Shown here in pieces: positions 37,658-47,426 of a stretch of 64,000 bases of DNA. The translations under genes were made by a program, and so were the position numbers. Every line of letters starts with the position of its first letter. Positions within the stretch are counted from its first letter, which is position 1. The notes beneath the pieces are model-generated. The model made no database searches. It was not told the origin of the DNA and was given only the letters and a program-made list of their open reading frames with translations. Origin of the DNA: Elusimicrobiota bacterium (GTDB taxonomy: Bacteria; Elusimicrobiota; Endomicrobiia; CG1-02-37-114; XYA2-FULL-39-19); contig JAHIVV010000012.1 in NCBI GenBank assembly GCA_018816525.1, positions 2,253-66,252 of the forward strand, read 5' to 3'.

Positions 37658-38176
37658 ATGAACGCAAAAAAAATTGTATTATTTTCAGGATTGTTTTTAA
37701 TTTTCGGCCTTCTGGGCTGCCCAAAGAAGCCTCAAAAGCCGCCGGAAGTTATTCAGGCTCTGGTTGAGCCTTCGGAAGCTAAAGAAGAGCCTTCTATCCG
37801 CGGAACAGAATTTCAGGCGGCGCCTGAATTAAAATCAATATATTTTTGGTATGAAAATTACGAACTTACGCCGGAAGCAAGAGCGGTCTTGCAAAAAAAT
37901 GCCGGTTACCTAAAGGACCATAAGGAATTGGAAGTTCTTATCGAAGGAAATTGCTGTGAATGCGGAACAAATGAATATAATCTTGCCTTGGGGCAAAAAC
38001 GCGCCCAGGTTACAAGAGAATATTATATAAACCTCGGCATTAATCCAGGCCTTATCGGTACGATTTCTTACGGCAAGGAAAAACCTGTCAAGCCTAATGT
38101 CGGCCCGCCGGATTCACCTGACTGCTCTTACAACCGCCATACTGACACAAAAGTAAGGACAAAAGGTGTTAAATAA
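37658..38176 (+). CDS. pal: peptidoglycan-associated lipoprotein (OmpA-like C-terminal domain)
   Basis: Lipobox LLGC, OmpA-like motif NLALGQKRAQVTREYY. Confidence 0.8.
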   Translation: MNAKKIVLFSGLFLIFGLLGCPKKPQKPPEVIQALVEPSEAKEEPSIRGTEFQAAPELKSIYFWYENYELTPEARAVLQKNAGYLKDHKELEVLIEGNCCECGTNEYNLALGQKRAQVTREYYINLGINPGLIGTISYGKEKPVKPNVGPPDSPDCSYNRHTDTKVRTKGVK

Positions 38177-38873
38177 ATTCAAAAATACCATTTCACTTGT
38201 TATTCTTTACTGCCTGCCAATGGCTCTTCTTTCAGGATGCATAGCCACCTCGAATGAATTTGCCCAGCTTCGTGACGATATCGAAGAACTGCGTTTCCAG
38301 ATAGGTTCCATGAATAAAAACCAGGCTGATCTGTCCCTAAAAATGGATGAGATCGGCCAGAACATGGAAGCTTTGAAGGAAAAACTTGACGATAATAAAA
38401 CTCATATGTCGTCGCTTTCCAAGAGAATGGACGATATTCATTCCAGCTTCAGCCAGAGAATGGACATTCTTTCCCAGCAGCTTTCCGGAGCGGCCCCGAC
38501 CATTACCACGCCGTCGGAACAATATAAACTTTCTTACAGCGATTATTCAAAAGGGAAGTATGATTTAGCTATTGTCGGATTCAGGTCCTTTATGGAAAGA
38601 TACCCGGACAGCGAACTATCTTCAAATGCCCAATATTATCTGGCAGATTCTTACTATAATAAAAACGATTTTGCTTCAGCTTTAAAGGAATTCAACAATA
38701 TGAAACAGCAGTTTTCAGCAAGCGAACTTGTTGTGTCAGCTGAATTCAAAACAGGACTATGCTATAGACAGCTTAAAAAACCCGCTGACGCAAAGGCGGT
38801 TTTTGAGCAGATCATAAAAGATCACCCGCAATCTCCAGAAGCAGAACAGGCCAAAGAAAGACTTAAAAAATAA
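38166..38873 (+). CDS. ybgF: Tol-Pal system protein YbgF/CpoB-like (coiled coil plus TPR)
   Basis: GTG start. Lipoprotein-like signal (LLSGC), coiled-coil region, C-terminal TPR (YYLADSYYNKNDFASALKEF). Confidence 0.6.
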   Translation: MLNKFKNTISLVILYCLPMALLSGCIATSNEFAQLRDDIEELRFQIGSMNKNQADLSLKMDEIGQNMEALKEKLDDNKTHMSSLSKRMDDIHSSFSQRMDILSQQLSGAAPTITTPSEQYKLSYSDYSKGKYDLAIVGFRSFMERYPDSELSSNAQYYLADSYYNKNDFASALKEFNNMKQQFSASELVVSAEFKTGLCYRQLKKPADAKAVFEQIIKDHPQSPEAEQAKERLKK

Positions 38874-38875
38874 TC

Positions 38876-40144
38876 TTGAAACCTCCTATATCTTTTAAAC
38901 TCATTCCACTGTCGCTTGCCCTTATTTTTTCAACTTCAGTTTTTACCTATCCAGTAGATGTTTATTTAAAACTCACTGCCAAAGGCGAAAAAATAAACAT
39001 AGGTTTGATTAGTTTTGGAGAAACTGAACTCGCAAAAAAAATTCAGGATGTGTTAAAAACAGACCTGCTATTTACCAGATATTTCAATGTTACCCCTATG
39101 CATGCTGCATTTACAGGCAAGAAAGAAGAATTTGATTACTTTAGGAACCAGTTTATTGATGTTATTCTCACCGGCAGTTTAAATACTGAAAATGCCCGCC
39201 GCACTTTAAACATAAAAATGTATAACGTTGAAAGCGGCGAACTGATGTTCGAAAAAAAATTCCAAGATTCAGGGAATGATTACCGCAGCAGCGCGCATAA
39301 TGTAAACGATGAAATAGTCCTGCGGTTTACCGGCCAACGAGGCATAGCGCATACAAAGGTTGTTTTTGTAAATGATTCTACTGGAAGCAAGGAAATATAT
39401 AAAATTGATTATGACGGCTATAATTTAAAAAGGCTTACCCAGGATGATTCAATAAACATTTTCCCGAAATGGTCAACTGACGGCGAAAAGATAGCGTTTA
39501 CAACCTATAAATACGGGAATCCTGATTTGTATGTTATGACTAACACCGGGACAAACAGGAGAGCAGTCTCCACATACCAGGGGTTGAATATTTCTCCAAC
39601 CTGGACTAATGACAACAATTCTATGGCTCTTACTGTTTCTAAAGGAAAATCACCAAATATTTATATTGAAAATTTGAGCGGGCAAATATTAAAACGCCTC
39701 ACGCATTCAACCGGCATAGATTCTTCTCCCTGTTTTTCTCCTAGTAACAGGGAGCTCGCTTTTATTTCAGACAGAGCTGGAATACCACAGCTTTACATTT
39801 GCGACAGTGAGGGCACGAATGTGCGCAGGATTATAACTGAGGGCTATAGTGATTCGCCTTCCTGGTCCCCAAAGGGCGACAAAATCACGTTCGCCATGCG
39901 TTTTGGCGCCGAAAGTTATTTTAATATTTATCTTTACGACATAGCTTCAGATAAAGCTGTCAGCCTTACTAACGGACAGGGGTCAAATGAAAACCCTTCA
40001 TTTTCTCCTGACGGCAGATTTATTGTATTTTCATCTACCAGAAACGGTAAAAAGGAATTATTCGTTATTTGCGTCGATGGTTCCGGTGAGCACAAGCTTG
40101 CGGATATAAAGAAAAATTCTATAATGCCTCATTGGTCACCCTAA
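38876..40144 (+). CDS. tolB: TolB-like periplasmic beta-propeller protein
   Basis: TTG start. Signal peptide, repeated propeller blades with SPxWSPDG-type motifs (PKWSTDG, SPTWTNDN, SPCFSPSN, SPSWSPKG, NPSFSPDG). Confidence 0.75.
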   Translation: MKPPISFKLIPLSLALIFSTSVFTYPVDVYLKLTAKGEKINIGLISFGETELAKKIQDVLKTDLLFTRYFNVTPMHAAFTGKKEEFDYFRNQFIDVILTGSLNTENARRTLNIKMYNVESGELMFEKKFQDSGNDYRSSAHNVNDEIVLRFTGQRGIAHTKVVFVNDSTGSKEIYKIDYDGYNLKRLTQDDSINIFPKWSTDGEKIAFTTYKYGNPDLYVMTNTGTNRRAVSTYQGLNISPTWTNDNNSMALTVSKGKSPNIYIENLSGQILKRLTHSTGIDSSPCFSPSNRELAFISDRAGIPQLYICDSEGTNVRRIITEGYSDSPSWSPKGDKITFAMRFGAESYFNIYLYDIASDKAVSLTNGQGSNENPSFSPDGRFIVFSSTRNGKKELFVICVDGSGEHKLADIKKNSIMPHWSP

Positions 40145-40146
40145 AT

Positions 40147-41310
40147 ATGAGTAAAATTTCCATAGTAAGATGTTCCGATTATAACGCCCAAAAGGTTGAA
40201 AAAGCCGTCCGGGAAGCTGTTTTGCTTGCCGGCGGGATTGAAAAATTCATTAAGAAAGGCGAAAGAGTCCTTCTTAAACCGAATTTGCTTGCGCCGAAAG
40301 CGCCCGCCCTGGCTGTAACCACGCATCCTGAAGTATTGAGAGCAGTAATACGTTTAGTAAAAGATGCCGGAGCTACTCCCTTTGTCGGTGATAGCCCCGG
40401 AGGAACTATAGTCGGTTCTTCCGGCAACAAAAGGGCGCTGGCTCTGCTGGATAAATATTGGGCTGACTGCGGGATGAAGAAAATATGCGAGGAAGAAGGA
40501 GCTGAAATAGTCAGCTTTGAAACCGGCGGTGTGGAAGTCTTTGAATTCAAAAATAGAAAAGGTGTTCCGAAGATAAATATATCAAAAGTTGCCCTCTCCT
40601 TTGACTCCGTAATTAATATACCAAAATTAAAAACCCACGGAATGGTTTTATACACAGGCGCCATAAAAAACTTATACGGCTGTGTACCGGGGCTTAAAAA
40701 AGCAGAATATCACATGCAGGCCGTTCATCCGGATGTTTTTTCACAAATACTTGTTGATATTTTTTCGGTTATTAAACCGAAACTGGCAATAATGGACGGC
40801 ATAATAGGAATGGACGGCAATGGCCCGTCTAATGGCAGGATAAAAAATTTCGGCGTTATTATTGCCGGCGGTGATAATGTGGCGTTGGATGCAGTCAGCA
40901 GTATGGTGATAGGACTTAATAGAAAAGAAATTTCCGCAATTAATATAGCCGGTAAACAGGGATTAGGGGAAGCAGATATAAAAAAAATTGAAGTGGTTGG
41001 CGAGAAACTTGAAAATGTTAAACAGGCTGATTTTGTTAGGCCGTCAAATTCTGCGTTGAAATACTTTCCTCAAATTTTTGCAAATATAGTCAGCAAATTG
41101 ATTTGGGTCCTGCCGAAAATTAATGAAACCAAATGTACCCGCTGCATGACCTGTGTTAAAAGTTGCCCGGCTAAGGCTATTGAAATGCACGGAAAAAACC
41201 TCAGGGTTGACATAAAAAAATGCATAAAGTGCATGTGCTGCCATGAGTTATGTACTTATGGCTCGATAGATATAGAGTTAAGCTGGCTGGCAAGCAAATT
41301 AGTAAAATGA
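40147..41310 (+). CDS. DUF362 domain iron-sulfur protein with C-terminal 2x[4Fe-4S] ferredoxin domain
   Basis: CTRCMTCVKSCP and CIKCMCCHELC motifs. Likely start at ATG 40147, just after the tolB stop. Confidence 0.7.
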   Translation: MSKISIVRCSDYNAQKVEKAVREAVLLAGGIEKFIKKGERVLLKPNLLAPKAPALAVTTHPEVLRAVIRLVKDAGATPFVGDSPGGTIVGSSGNKRALALLDKYWADCGMKKICEEEGAEIVSFETGGVEVFEFKNRKGVPKINISKVALSFDSVINIPKLKTHGMVLYTGAIKNLYGCVPGLKKAEYHMQAVHPDVFSQILVDIFSVIKPKLAIMDGIIGMDGNGPSNGRIKNFGVIIAGGDNVALDAVSSMVIGLNRKEISAINIAGKQGLGEADIKKIEVVGEKLENVKQADFVRPSNSALKYFPQIFANIVSKLIWVLPKINETKCTRCMTCVKSCPAKAIEMHGKNLRVDIKKCIKCMCCHELCTYGSIDIELSWLASKLVK

Positions 41311-42188
41311 AAATAAGGCAATATTTTGAATACTGGATTTTGCAGATTATCGTATTCTCAGTAAAAGTGCTGCCTCTTTCCGTATCTCTAGGGCTAGCAA
41401 GGATATTGGCAGATTTTGTGTTTTTTGTACCCAAAATAAGGGTTAAAGTTACCCAGGATAACTTAAAAATCGCTTTTGGGAACAATAAATCCGAAAAAGA
41501 GTTGAAAGCTTTAGCAAGGAAAGTTTACCGCAATTTTTTAATGATGGCGATAGAATCCCTCCGAATACCCAGATTATCTGACGCCGAAATAAAAAAAAAT
41601 GTCACAATGGTAGGTTTGGAACATATCGAAAATGCTTTGAAAAAAGGCAAGGGTATGATTTTTGTAGCCTGCCATTATGGAAACTGGGAATTAATGGGCA
41701 CAGCTATAAAAGCGAATGGTTATCCGATTACCTACATTGACGGTGAACAAAAAAATAAACTGGTAGAAGATTTTATGAGCAAACTCAGGCTTGATTCCGG
41801 AATTAAACTTATAGAAAGAAAAAATGCGCTGAGAGGTGTGATTAAAACCGTAAGGAGCAATGAAATACTGGCTTTGCTTTCGGACCAGAATGCCGGCCCG
41901 GACGGCGTGTTTGTGGACTTTTTCGGAAAATTGGCTTCAACACCTCAAGGCGCCGCAGCGTTTTCTATAAGGATCGGGGCGCCTATAGTTTTGGGTTATA
42001 ATGTACCTGATGAAGGCCGGATGCATAATACCGTGCATTTTACGCCTATTGCGCCAAAGCTAACAGGTGATGAAAAAAAAGATATTTTTATTATAACCCA
42101 GGAATTTACAAAAAAATTTGAGGAATTTATTAAAGAAAAACCGGAACATTATTTTTGGCTGCACCGCAGGTGGAAAGCCAGCCCATGA
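41307..42188 (+). CDS. LpxL/HtrB-family lipid A (Kdo2-lipid IVA) acyltransferase
   Basis: HYGNWE acyltransferase motif. Start ATG overlaps the upstream stop (ATGA). Confidence 0.65.
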   Translation: MKIRQYFEYWILQIIVFSVKVLPLSVSLGLARILADFVFFVPKIRVKVTQDNLKIAFGNNKSEKELKALARKVYRNFLMMAIESLRIPRLSDAEIKKNVTMVGLEHIENALKKGKGMIFVACHYGNWELMGTAIKANGYPITYIDGEQKNKLVEDFMSKLRLDSGIKLIERKNALRGVIKTVRSNEILALLSDQNAGPDGVFVDFFGKLASTPQGAAAFSIRIGAPIVLGYNVPDEGRMHNTVHFTPIAPKLTGDEKKDIFIITQEFTKKFEEFIKEKPEHYFWLHRRWKASP

Positions 42189-43048
42189 AAGAATCACTTT
42201 ATTATTCGTTCTTTGACAAGGGGAAAAAGCTGGTACAGTGTAATTTGTGCCCGCATAATTGCAAAATTATGCCGGATAAGGCCGGGGTGTGCCATATCAG
42301 GAAAAATATTGAAGGAAAACTATACAGCCTTACTTATGGCGGTTTCAGTTCAGTAAATCTGGATCCAATAGAAAAAAAGCCTTTATATCATTTTTACCCG
42401 GGTAGTCAGATTCTTTCGGTTGGAACCATAGGCTGTAATTTTAAGTGCTCAAATTGCCAGAATTGGGAAATATCTCAGGCAGAATATCAAGAGGATACTC
42501 TGCGTGAATTATCTCCTGAACAAGCTTTAGAGCTGGCCAAAAGATACGATTCTATCGGAATTGCCTATACCTATAATGAGCCGTTAATTAATTACGAGTG
42601 GGTAATAGAGACAGCTAAACTCTTTAAAAAAGAAAATATGAAAAATGTGCTGGTTACCAACGGTTTTGTTAATGAGCAGCCTTGGGAAAATCTGCTTCCG
42701 TTTATTGATGCGGCAAATATCGACGTAAAAGCGTTTAAAAATGATTTTTATAAAAGTGTCTGCCAGGGCGAGATAGGGCCGGTTTTACGCTCCGTAGAAA
42801 TAATGTTCAAAAGGGGAAAACATTTGGAAGTCACTTATCTTGTCATACCGGGCAAGAATGACTCTGAACATGAAATAATAGATTTTGTCGATTGGCTTAG
42901 TTCCTTAAGCCCGGAAATTCCGGTTCATTTCAGCAGGTATTTTCCCCGGTATAAAATGGAAGAAAAAACCACGCCTGTTGAAACTCTGGAAATGGCAAAG
43001 AAAATAGCTTTAAAACGGATGAAATACGTATATGTAGGCAATATTTAA
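42185..43048 (+). CDS. radical SAM enzyme of the AmmeMemoRadiSam-system type (PFL-activase-like)
   Basis: CNFKCSNCQNW CX3CX2C cluster. N-terminal CPHNC...C motif. ATGA overlap with the upstream gene. Confidence 0.7.
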   Translation: MKESLYYSFFDKGKKLVQCNLCPHNCKIMPDKAGVCHIRKNIEGKLYSLTYGGFSSVNLDPIEKKPLYHFYPGSQILSVGTIGCNFKCSNCQNWEISQAEYQEDTLRELSPEQALELAKRYDSIGIAYTYNEPLINYEWVIETAKLFKKENMKNVLVTNGFVNEQPWENLLPFIDAANIDVKAFKNDFYKSVCQGEIGPVLRSVEIMFKRGKHLEVTYLVIPGKNDSEHEIIDFVDWLSSLSPEIPVHFSRYFPRYKMEEKTTPVETLEMAKKIALKRMKYVYVGNI

Positions 43049-43075
43049 ATAAAAGAGGAGGGAGGATTAACGGTT

Positions 43076-43348
43076 ATGTCAAAAAACATTTTTTTCTTTT
43101 TGCTGGTGATCATTGTTGGCGCTTTAATCGGTTCGTTTTTGGGGAAGTTTATAGAAAGCGCTTTTCCGGCAGGCGGTTCGGTGCGGGATTTATTCGCAAC
43201 AGAAATCTCAGCGGGATTGTCTCCCACAAACCTTGATTTGCGCATAATTGACCTTACGTTCGGCTGCATGGTTAAAATTAATGTTATGGCAGTTTTAGGC
43301 ATGGTAGTGGCAGCCTGGGTGTTCAGACTGCTTTTTAGCGGCAAATAA
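43076..43348 (+). CDS. small membrane protein (DUF4321-like)
   Basis: 90 aa, two TM segments. GGAGG SD upstream. Confidence 0.4.
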   Translation: MSKNIFFFLLVIIVGALIGSFLGKFIESAFPAGGSVRDLFATEISAGLSPTNLDLRIIDLTFGCMVKINVMAVLGMVVAAWVFRLLFSGK

Positions 43349-43905
43349 TGAGAATTATACTCTGTTCTTCATCACAAAGGAGGAAGGAACTTGTAAAAAA
43401 GTTCAGGCTTCCTTACATTGTATACCAACCAGATGTTGATGAAAACATCAAAATAAATGATCCAATAAAGCTTGTAAAGAAACTAGCCCTGCTTAAGGCT
43501 TTAGACGGCACGAAATGCTTTTCTAAGGGCCTTGCGCTTGGCGTAGATACTATTGTTGTGTTAAACAGGGAAATAATAGGCAAGCCAAAAAACTCATCAG
43601 ATGCAATCAGAATATTGAACAAATTAAACGGTTCTACTCACAGTGTCTATAGCGGATTTGCTTTAATTGATTGCGCTACAGGCAAAGCGGTTATCGATTA
43701 TGATGTTACTAAAGTAAAAATGCACAGGCTTTCCCGGGAAAGAATAAAAAGCCTTTCCTCAAAGCACCAGGATAAAGCCGGAGCTTATGCCGTACAGGAA
43801 AAAGATGATTGTTTTGTAGAAAAAATTTACGGTGATTACGATAATGTGGTTGGGTTACCGGTAAAAAAAATCAAAAGGGCAATTTATTTGAAGTTTTCGG
43901 TATAA
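43348..43905 (+). CDS. maf: Maf-like nucleotide pyrophosphatase
   Basis: MRIILCSSSQRRKELV N-terminus typical of Maf/YhdE. Confidence 0.85.
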   Translation: MRIILCSSSQRRKELVKKFRLPYIVYQPDVDENIKINDPIKLVKKLALLKALDGTKCFSKGLALGVDTIVVLNREIIGKPKNSSDAIRILNKLNGSTHSVYSGFALIDCATGKAVIDYDVTKVKMHRLSRERIKSLSSKHQDKAGAYAVQEKDDCFVEKIYGDYDNVVGLPVKKIKRAIYLKFSV

Positions 43906-44576
43906 ACTTTGATTTTAAGAGACGTATTAATACTTTTGTACCAATCGTTCATATAGGCAAGAGATTTTTCCTGCAGTAATTCCTGGCTGAATTTTTCCCT
44001 GTCTTTTTCAAATACTTTCATGTTTCCTGCATGACGCCTCATATATTCCAGCTGAAGTTCCGGTTCAGTAATTCTTACACCTGATGCGATTATATTGCGC
44101 ATTTTTGCGATTGCAATCTGTCTTTTCTGGGATTCTTCAAATTCCATGGGGGTCATTTTAAGCCGGTAAGCAAGTACCTGAAAATAAGCTCTCTGGTCAA
44201 ACCTGCCCTCTTGCTGAAAGGCGGGAATCTGCGCAATATTTGCAGCTACTTCACTATTTGTAACTACTATACCGTGCTTTTTTGTTTCTCCGTAAAAAAC
44301 TTCTTCGCGGATCAGGTCATCTACAACTTCCTGCCGTGTTTTGTTTACTACTTCTTCAGTAATGTCAGTGTTTTTATCCCGCATATCTTCCATGATGCGG
44401 TTATAAAGAAGGGAATATTTTCTTAAAGGAATAGTTGTCCCGTTGACGACAGCGACAGCGTTTGTTGATTTGCCGCTGAAAAAGTAACTGCCAAAACCAA
44501 CAAACATACCGGCAAAAAAGCCGATAATTGTAATCAAAAAAATATAACGCATGTTCTTTCTTAACCAATCCATCAT
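43884..44576 (-). CDS. SurA-N/PpiD-like periplasmic chaperone domain protein
   Basis: N-terminal TM anchor plus SurA N-terminal-like helical region. No clear PPIase motif. Confidence 0.45.
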   Translation of the reverse strand: MMDWLRKNMRYIFLITIIGFFAGMFVGFGSYFFSGKSTNAVAVVNGTTIPLRKYSLLYNRIMEDMRDKNTDITEEVVNKTRQEVVDDLIREEVFYGETKKHGIVVTNSEVAANIAQIPAFQQEGRFDQRAYFQVLAYRLKMTPMEFEESQKRQIAIAKMRNIIASGVRITEPELQLEYMRRHAGNMKVFEKDREKFSQELLQEKSLAYMNDWYKSINTSLKIKVYTENFK

Positions 44577-44596
44577 ATTCGTTTACCTTTGTTGGT

Positions 44597-44983
44597 TTAT
44601 CTTCTGACAGGAATGTCCATCTCGATAACCTTGTTTTGTTCCGCTGCCATGACACAGTGGCCCTCAAAGAGAGCTCCTTCGCTGATTGAAAGCAGGGCAG
44701 TATGTATATCGCCGAAAACCTGTGCTTTTGACTGGATTTCCAGGTTCTGGGTAGAGGTAATATTCCCGGTGACTTTACCGCCGACAATAACATTTTTTGC
44801 GTTTACATCGCCCTGAATCTGTCCGGATGCGCCGATAATAACGCTTGAAGCTTCCAAAATACCGCCTTCAATTTTACCGTCTATTCTTATGGAACCTTTT
44901 GATTTTATCGTTCCCTGAAAAATTGTTTCCGGGCCAACTATTGTTTCAAGACTGTCTGATGTTTCTTTCTTTTTACCAAACAT
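44597..44983 (-). CDS. bactofilin (DUF583) cytoskeletal protein
   Basis: Beta-helical repeat signature (TIFQGTIKSKGSIRIDGKIEGGI...). Likely start at ATG 44981-44983, just upstream of the M23 peptidase stop. Confidence 0.8.
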   Translation of the reverse strand: MFGKKKETSDSLETIVGPETIFQGTIKSKGSIRIDGKIEGGILEASSVIIGASGQIQGDVNAKNVIVGGKVTGNITSTQNLEIQSKAQVFGDIHTALLSISEGALFEGHCVMAAEQNKVIEMDIPVRR

Positions 44984-46004
44984 TTTTGTCACCCCTGTTT
45001 TGTTTTGCGAAGAATGATGAATCATCAAGGAATTTTGTTGGATTAACTGATTTATCGCCAAGCCTTACTTCATAATGCAGATGAGTACCGGTTGTTGAAC
45101 CTGTTTCGCCCATTAACCCGATAAGTTGATTTCTACTGACTTTATCGCCCACTTTTATGCATATTTTTGACAAATGCCCGTAATAAGTCCTGCAACCATA
45201 ACCATGGTCAACGATGATAAGATTTCCATAACCTGCAGACCAGCCTGCATAAATTACTTTTCCGTTTGCACAGGCGACTATTTTGGAACCTCTATCACCG
45301 CCAATATCAAGTCCGGTGTGAAATTCGTACCTGCCTGTTATGGGATGTATCCTGAAGCCGAACGGCGAAGTGATTCTGTTAGGTTTACAAGGCCAGATAT
45401 TAGGAGTCGCTTTGTATAACAACTGCTGGTAAGCTATAAATCCGTTTATTTCTTTTACACTTGCTAATTCTTGCTTGGTTTCCTTTTGAAGAGCTTTTGT
45501 TTGATGGTAAAGGTCTTTTACTGATACTTCGTGGACTTTCTTTTCAAGATATTTTTGAAGGTATACCGCTTCTTCTTGAGACGGCCCGCCCTTGCCCATA
45601 GAGTCATTGGTTACTATTGCTTTCTTTGACTTCATGTCAAGCAAGTCCCTTAGTTTTTCATCTTTTTCACGCACCTGAGCCAGAAGTTCCTGGGATTTTT
45701 TCAGTTCGCCGGCGAAAAACATCAGTTTAAATTTTATGACTTCCCTGTCAAGTTTTACCCGCCAATAATCGGTGTTGTTTGTTGTAATTACTGTTGCCCA
45801 GATGGTTAATCCTGTCCAAAACATCATTACAAAAATCAAAAACGAGAGCGTAAACGTCTTTCTTACCGGTTTTGTTGTAGAATGCGGTAAGACGATGATC
45901 GTTACATCCCGTTTAAGTATCTTTCGTAAGTGCAATAGTGTCTTATTCATCGATTGTACATTATAACCCGAATACTTAAATAAGTCAAGATATATTAATA
46001 ACAT
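44973..46004 (-). CDS. M23 (LytM) family metallopeptidase
   Basis: HxxxD and HLHYE zinc motifs. N-terminal TM and coiled coil. Confidence 0.8.
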   Translation of the reverse strand: MLLIYLDLFKYSGYNVQSMNKTLLHLRKILKRDVTIIVLPHSTTKPVRKTFTLSFLIFVMMFWTGLTIWATVITTNNTDYWRVKLDREVIKFKLMFFAGELKKSQELLAQVREKDEKLRDLLDMKSKKAIVTNDSMGKGGPSQEEAVYLQKYLEKKVHEVSVKDLYHQTKALQKETKQELASVKEINGFIAYQQLLYKATPNIWPCKPNRITSPFGFRIHPITGRYEFHTGLDIGGDRGSKIVACANGKVIYAGWSAGYGNLIIVDHGYGCRTYYGHLSKICIKVGDKVSRNQLIGLMGETGSTTGTHLHYEVRLGDKSVNPTKFLDDSSFFAKQNRGDKNVW

Positions 46005-46098
46005 GTTGTTATGATATTAAGATGTTGAAGTATTTGATTTTTTAAAATGTTAAACTTTTTGAAAGTTTCTAAGTCAATTTTAAAAAGGAGCTTTCAAA

Positions 46099-46233
46099 AT
46101 GGGAGAGCAAGGTGGCGTTGTTGAGGTTTTAAAGTATTTTTTTAAGGAAGAAAAAAATATCAAGGGTTTTGTAATAAAAAAGAATAAAACCAAAAAAGAA
46201 GTAATTAAAACTTATAAGCTAGGCGGGAACTAG
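46099..46233 (+). CDS. small ORF (44 aa) with good SD, function unknown
   Basis: AAAGGAG 8 nt upstream of the ATG. Product MGEQGGVVEVLKYFFKEEKNIKGFVIKKNKTKKEVIKTYKLGGN. Below the ORF-track size cutoff. Confidence 0.25.
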   Translation: MGEQGGVVEVLKYFFKEEKNIKGFVIKKNKTKKEVIKTYKLGGN

Positions 46234-46393
46234 TTATGTCGAATTACAAAACATTCCGAACAGCGGAGATTCTGATTATGAATGGAATCTTAAAAACAAA
46301 GTTGGAGAAAAAGTTGTCAGCGGGGTTTATGTATATATAGTTTCAAATAGTCAAAAAGAAAAGAAAATGGGAAAGTTGGCAATATTGAAATAA
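46223..46393 (+). pseudogene. remnant of a T9SS-type C-terminal sorting domain (por_Secre_tail-like)
   Basis: Open frame without a start codon reads ...YVELQNIPNSGDSDYEWNLKNKVGEKVVSGVYVYIVSNSQKEKKMGKLAILK*. It matches the CTD ends (LxQNyPNPF ... WdgxNxxGxxVaSGVYFYrL ... KxvLLK) but the middle beta-strands are missing. Confidence 0.4.
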
Positions 46394-46458
46394 TAAAGAT
46401 GTCCTTTCTTTTTTGAAAACCTTCCTTATTTTTGGTATAGTAAATCGGGAAAATAAAT

Positions 46459-47247
46459 ATGATTACATTGTTTGATACGCACGCGCATTTAAGCGATAAA
46501 GTTTACAGCGGTGATTTTGAAAAAATTATTGAGAACGCTAAAAACGCCGGCCTGGTAAAGATTTTAAATATTTGCAACAGCGCAAATAAACCAGGGAATT
46601 TTATTGAGTTGTTAAAAAAGTACGATTTTATTTACGGCGCGGCGGGAGTTCACCCGCTTGAGATGAAGGGCGCCGATATAGAAAAACTTATGCCTCTGCT
46701 TGGCCTTGGAAAGATAGTTGCGTTAGGCGAAATAGGGCTTGATTATCACTATCTTTATGAAAAAAATGACAAAGAAAAAGAAATACAGTTGCAAAAGGAA
46801 TTTTTTAGGGCTCAACTAAAGATAGCAAAAGAAAAAAACTTGCCGGTTATTGTGCATTGCCGCGAAGCCTGGGAAGATACAATGAAAATAGTTGAGGAAG
46901 AAAAAGTGAATAACGGTGTTTTTCATTATTTTTCCGGCGGGGAAGATGAGCTAAAAAAATGCATAGATTTTGGGTTTTATGTGTCTTTTACGGGCCCGGT
47001 AACTTATCCGAAATCAGATGTTTTAAGAGAAGCGGTTAAAATCGCCCCGATTGAAAAGATTCTTATAGAAACTGATTGCCCTTACCTTACACCCCAGCCT
47101 AAAAGAGGAACACGCAATGAACCTGCTTATGTAAGGTTTACTGCCGAAAAAATAGCGCAAATAAGAGGTATGTCTTTAGAAGAACTTTCTCAAATCACTC
47201 ACCAAAACGCCTGCCGCTTGTTCGGCCTTAAATTCCTAAAAACTTGA
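46459..47247 (+). CDS. tatD: TatD-family metal-dependent hydrolase
   Basis: FDTHAHL N-terminus plus conserved His/Asp/Glu residues. Confidence 0.85.
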   Translation: MITLFDTHAHLSDKVYSGDFEKIIENAKNAGLVKILNICNSANKPGNFIELLKKYDFIYGAAGVHPLEMKGADIEKLMPLLGLGKIVALGEIGLDYHYLYEKNDKEKEIQLQKEFFRAQLKIAKEKNLPVIVHCREAWEDTMKIVEEEKVNNGVFHYFSGGEDELKKCIDFGFYVSFTGPVTYPKSDVLREAVKIAPIEKILIETDCPYLTPQPKRGTRNEPAYVRFTAEKIAQIRGMSLEELSQITHQNACRLFGLKFLKT

Positions 47248-47282
47248 CCTGAAGGGAAAATTTTAGTATAGTCTTTAGCACT

Positions 47283-47423
47283 ATGCCAAAGAATACGTTT
47301 CAACCAAACAAAAGACGCAGAGCAAAAACACACGGTTTTTTCGCAAGAATGTCCACACCTGGCGGGAAAAATGTTCTCAGCCGTAGAAGACAAAAAGGGC
47401 GCTGGAATCTTACCCCTAAATAA
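47283..47423 (+). CDS. rpmH: 50S ribosomal protein L34
   Basis: 46 aa [46 protein letters not shown], strongly similar to bacterial L34. Missed by the ORF track (under 60 aa). Confidence 0.85.
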   Translation: MPKNTFQPNKRRRAKTHGFFARMSTPGGKNVLSRRRQKGRWNLTPK

Positions 47424-47426
47424 TAG

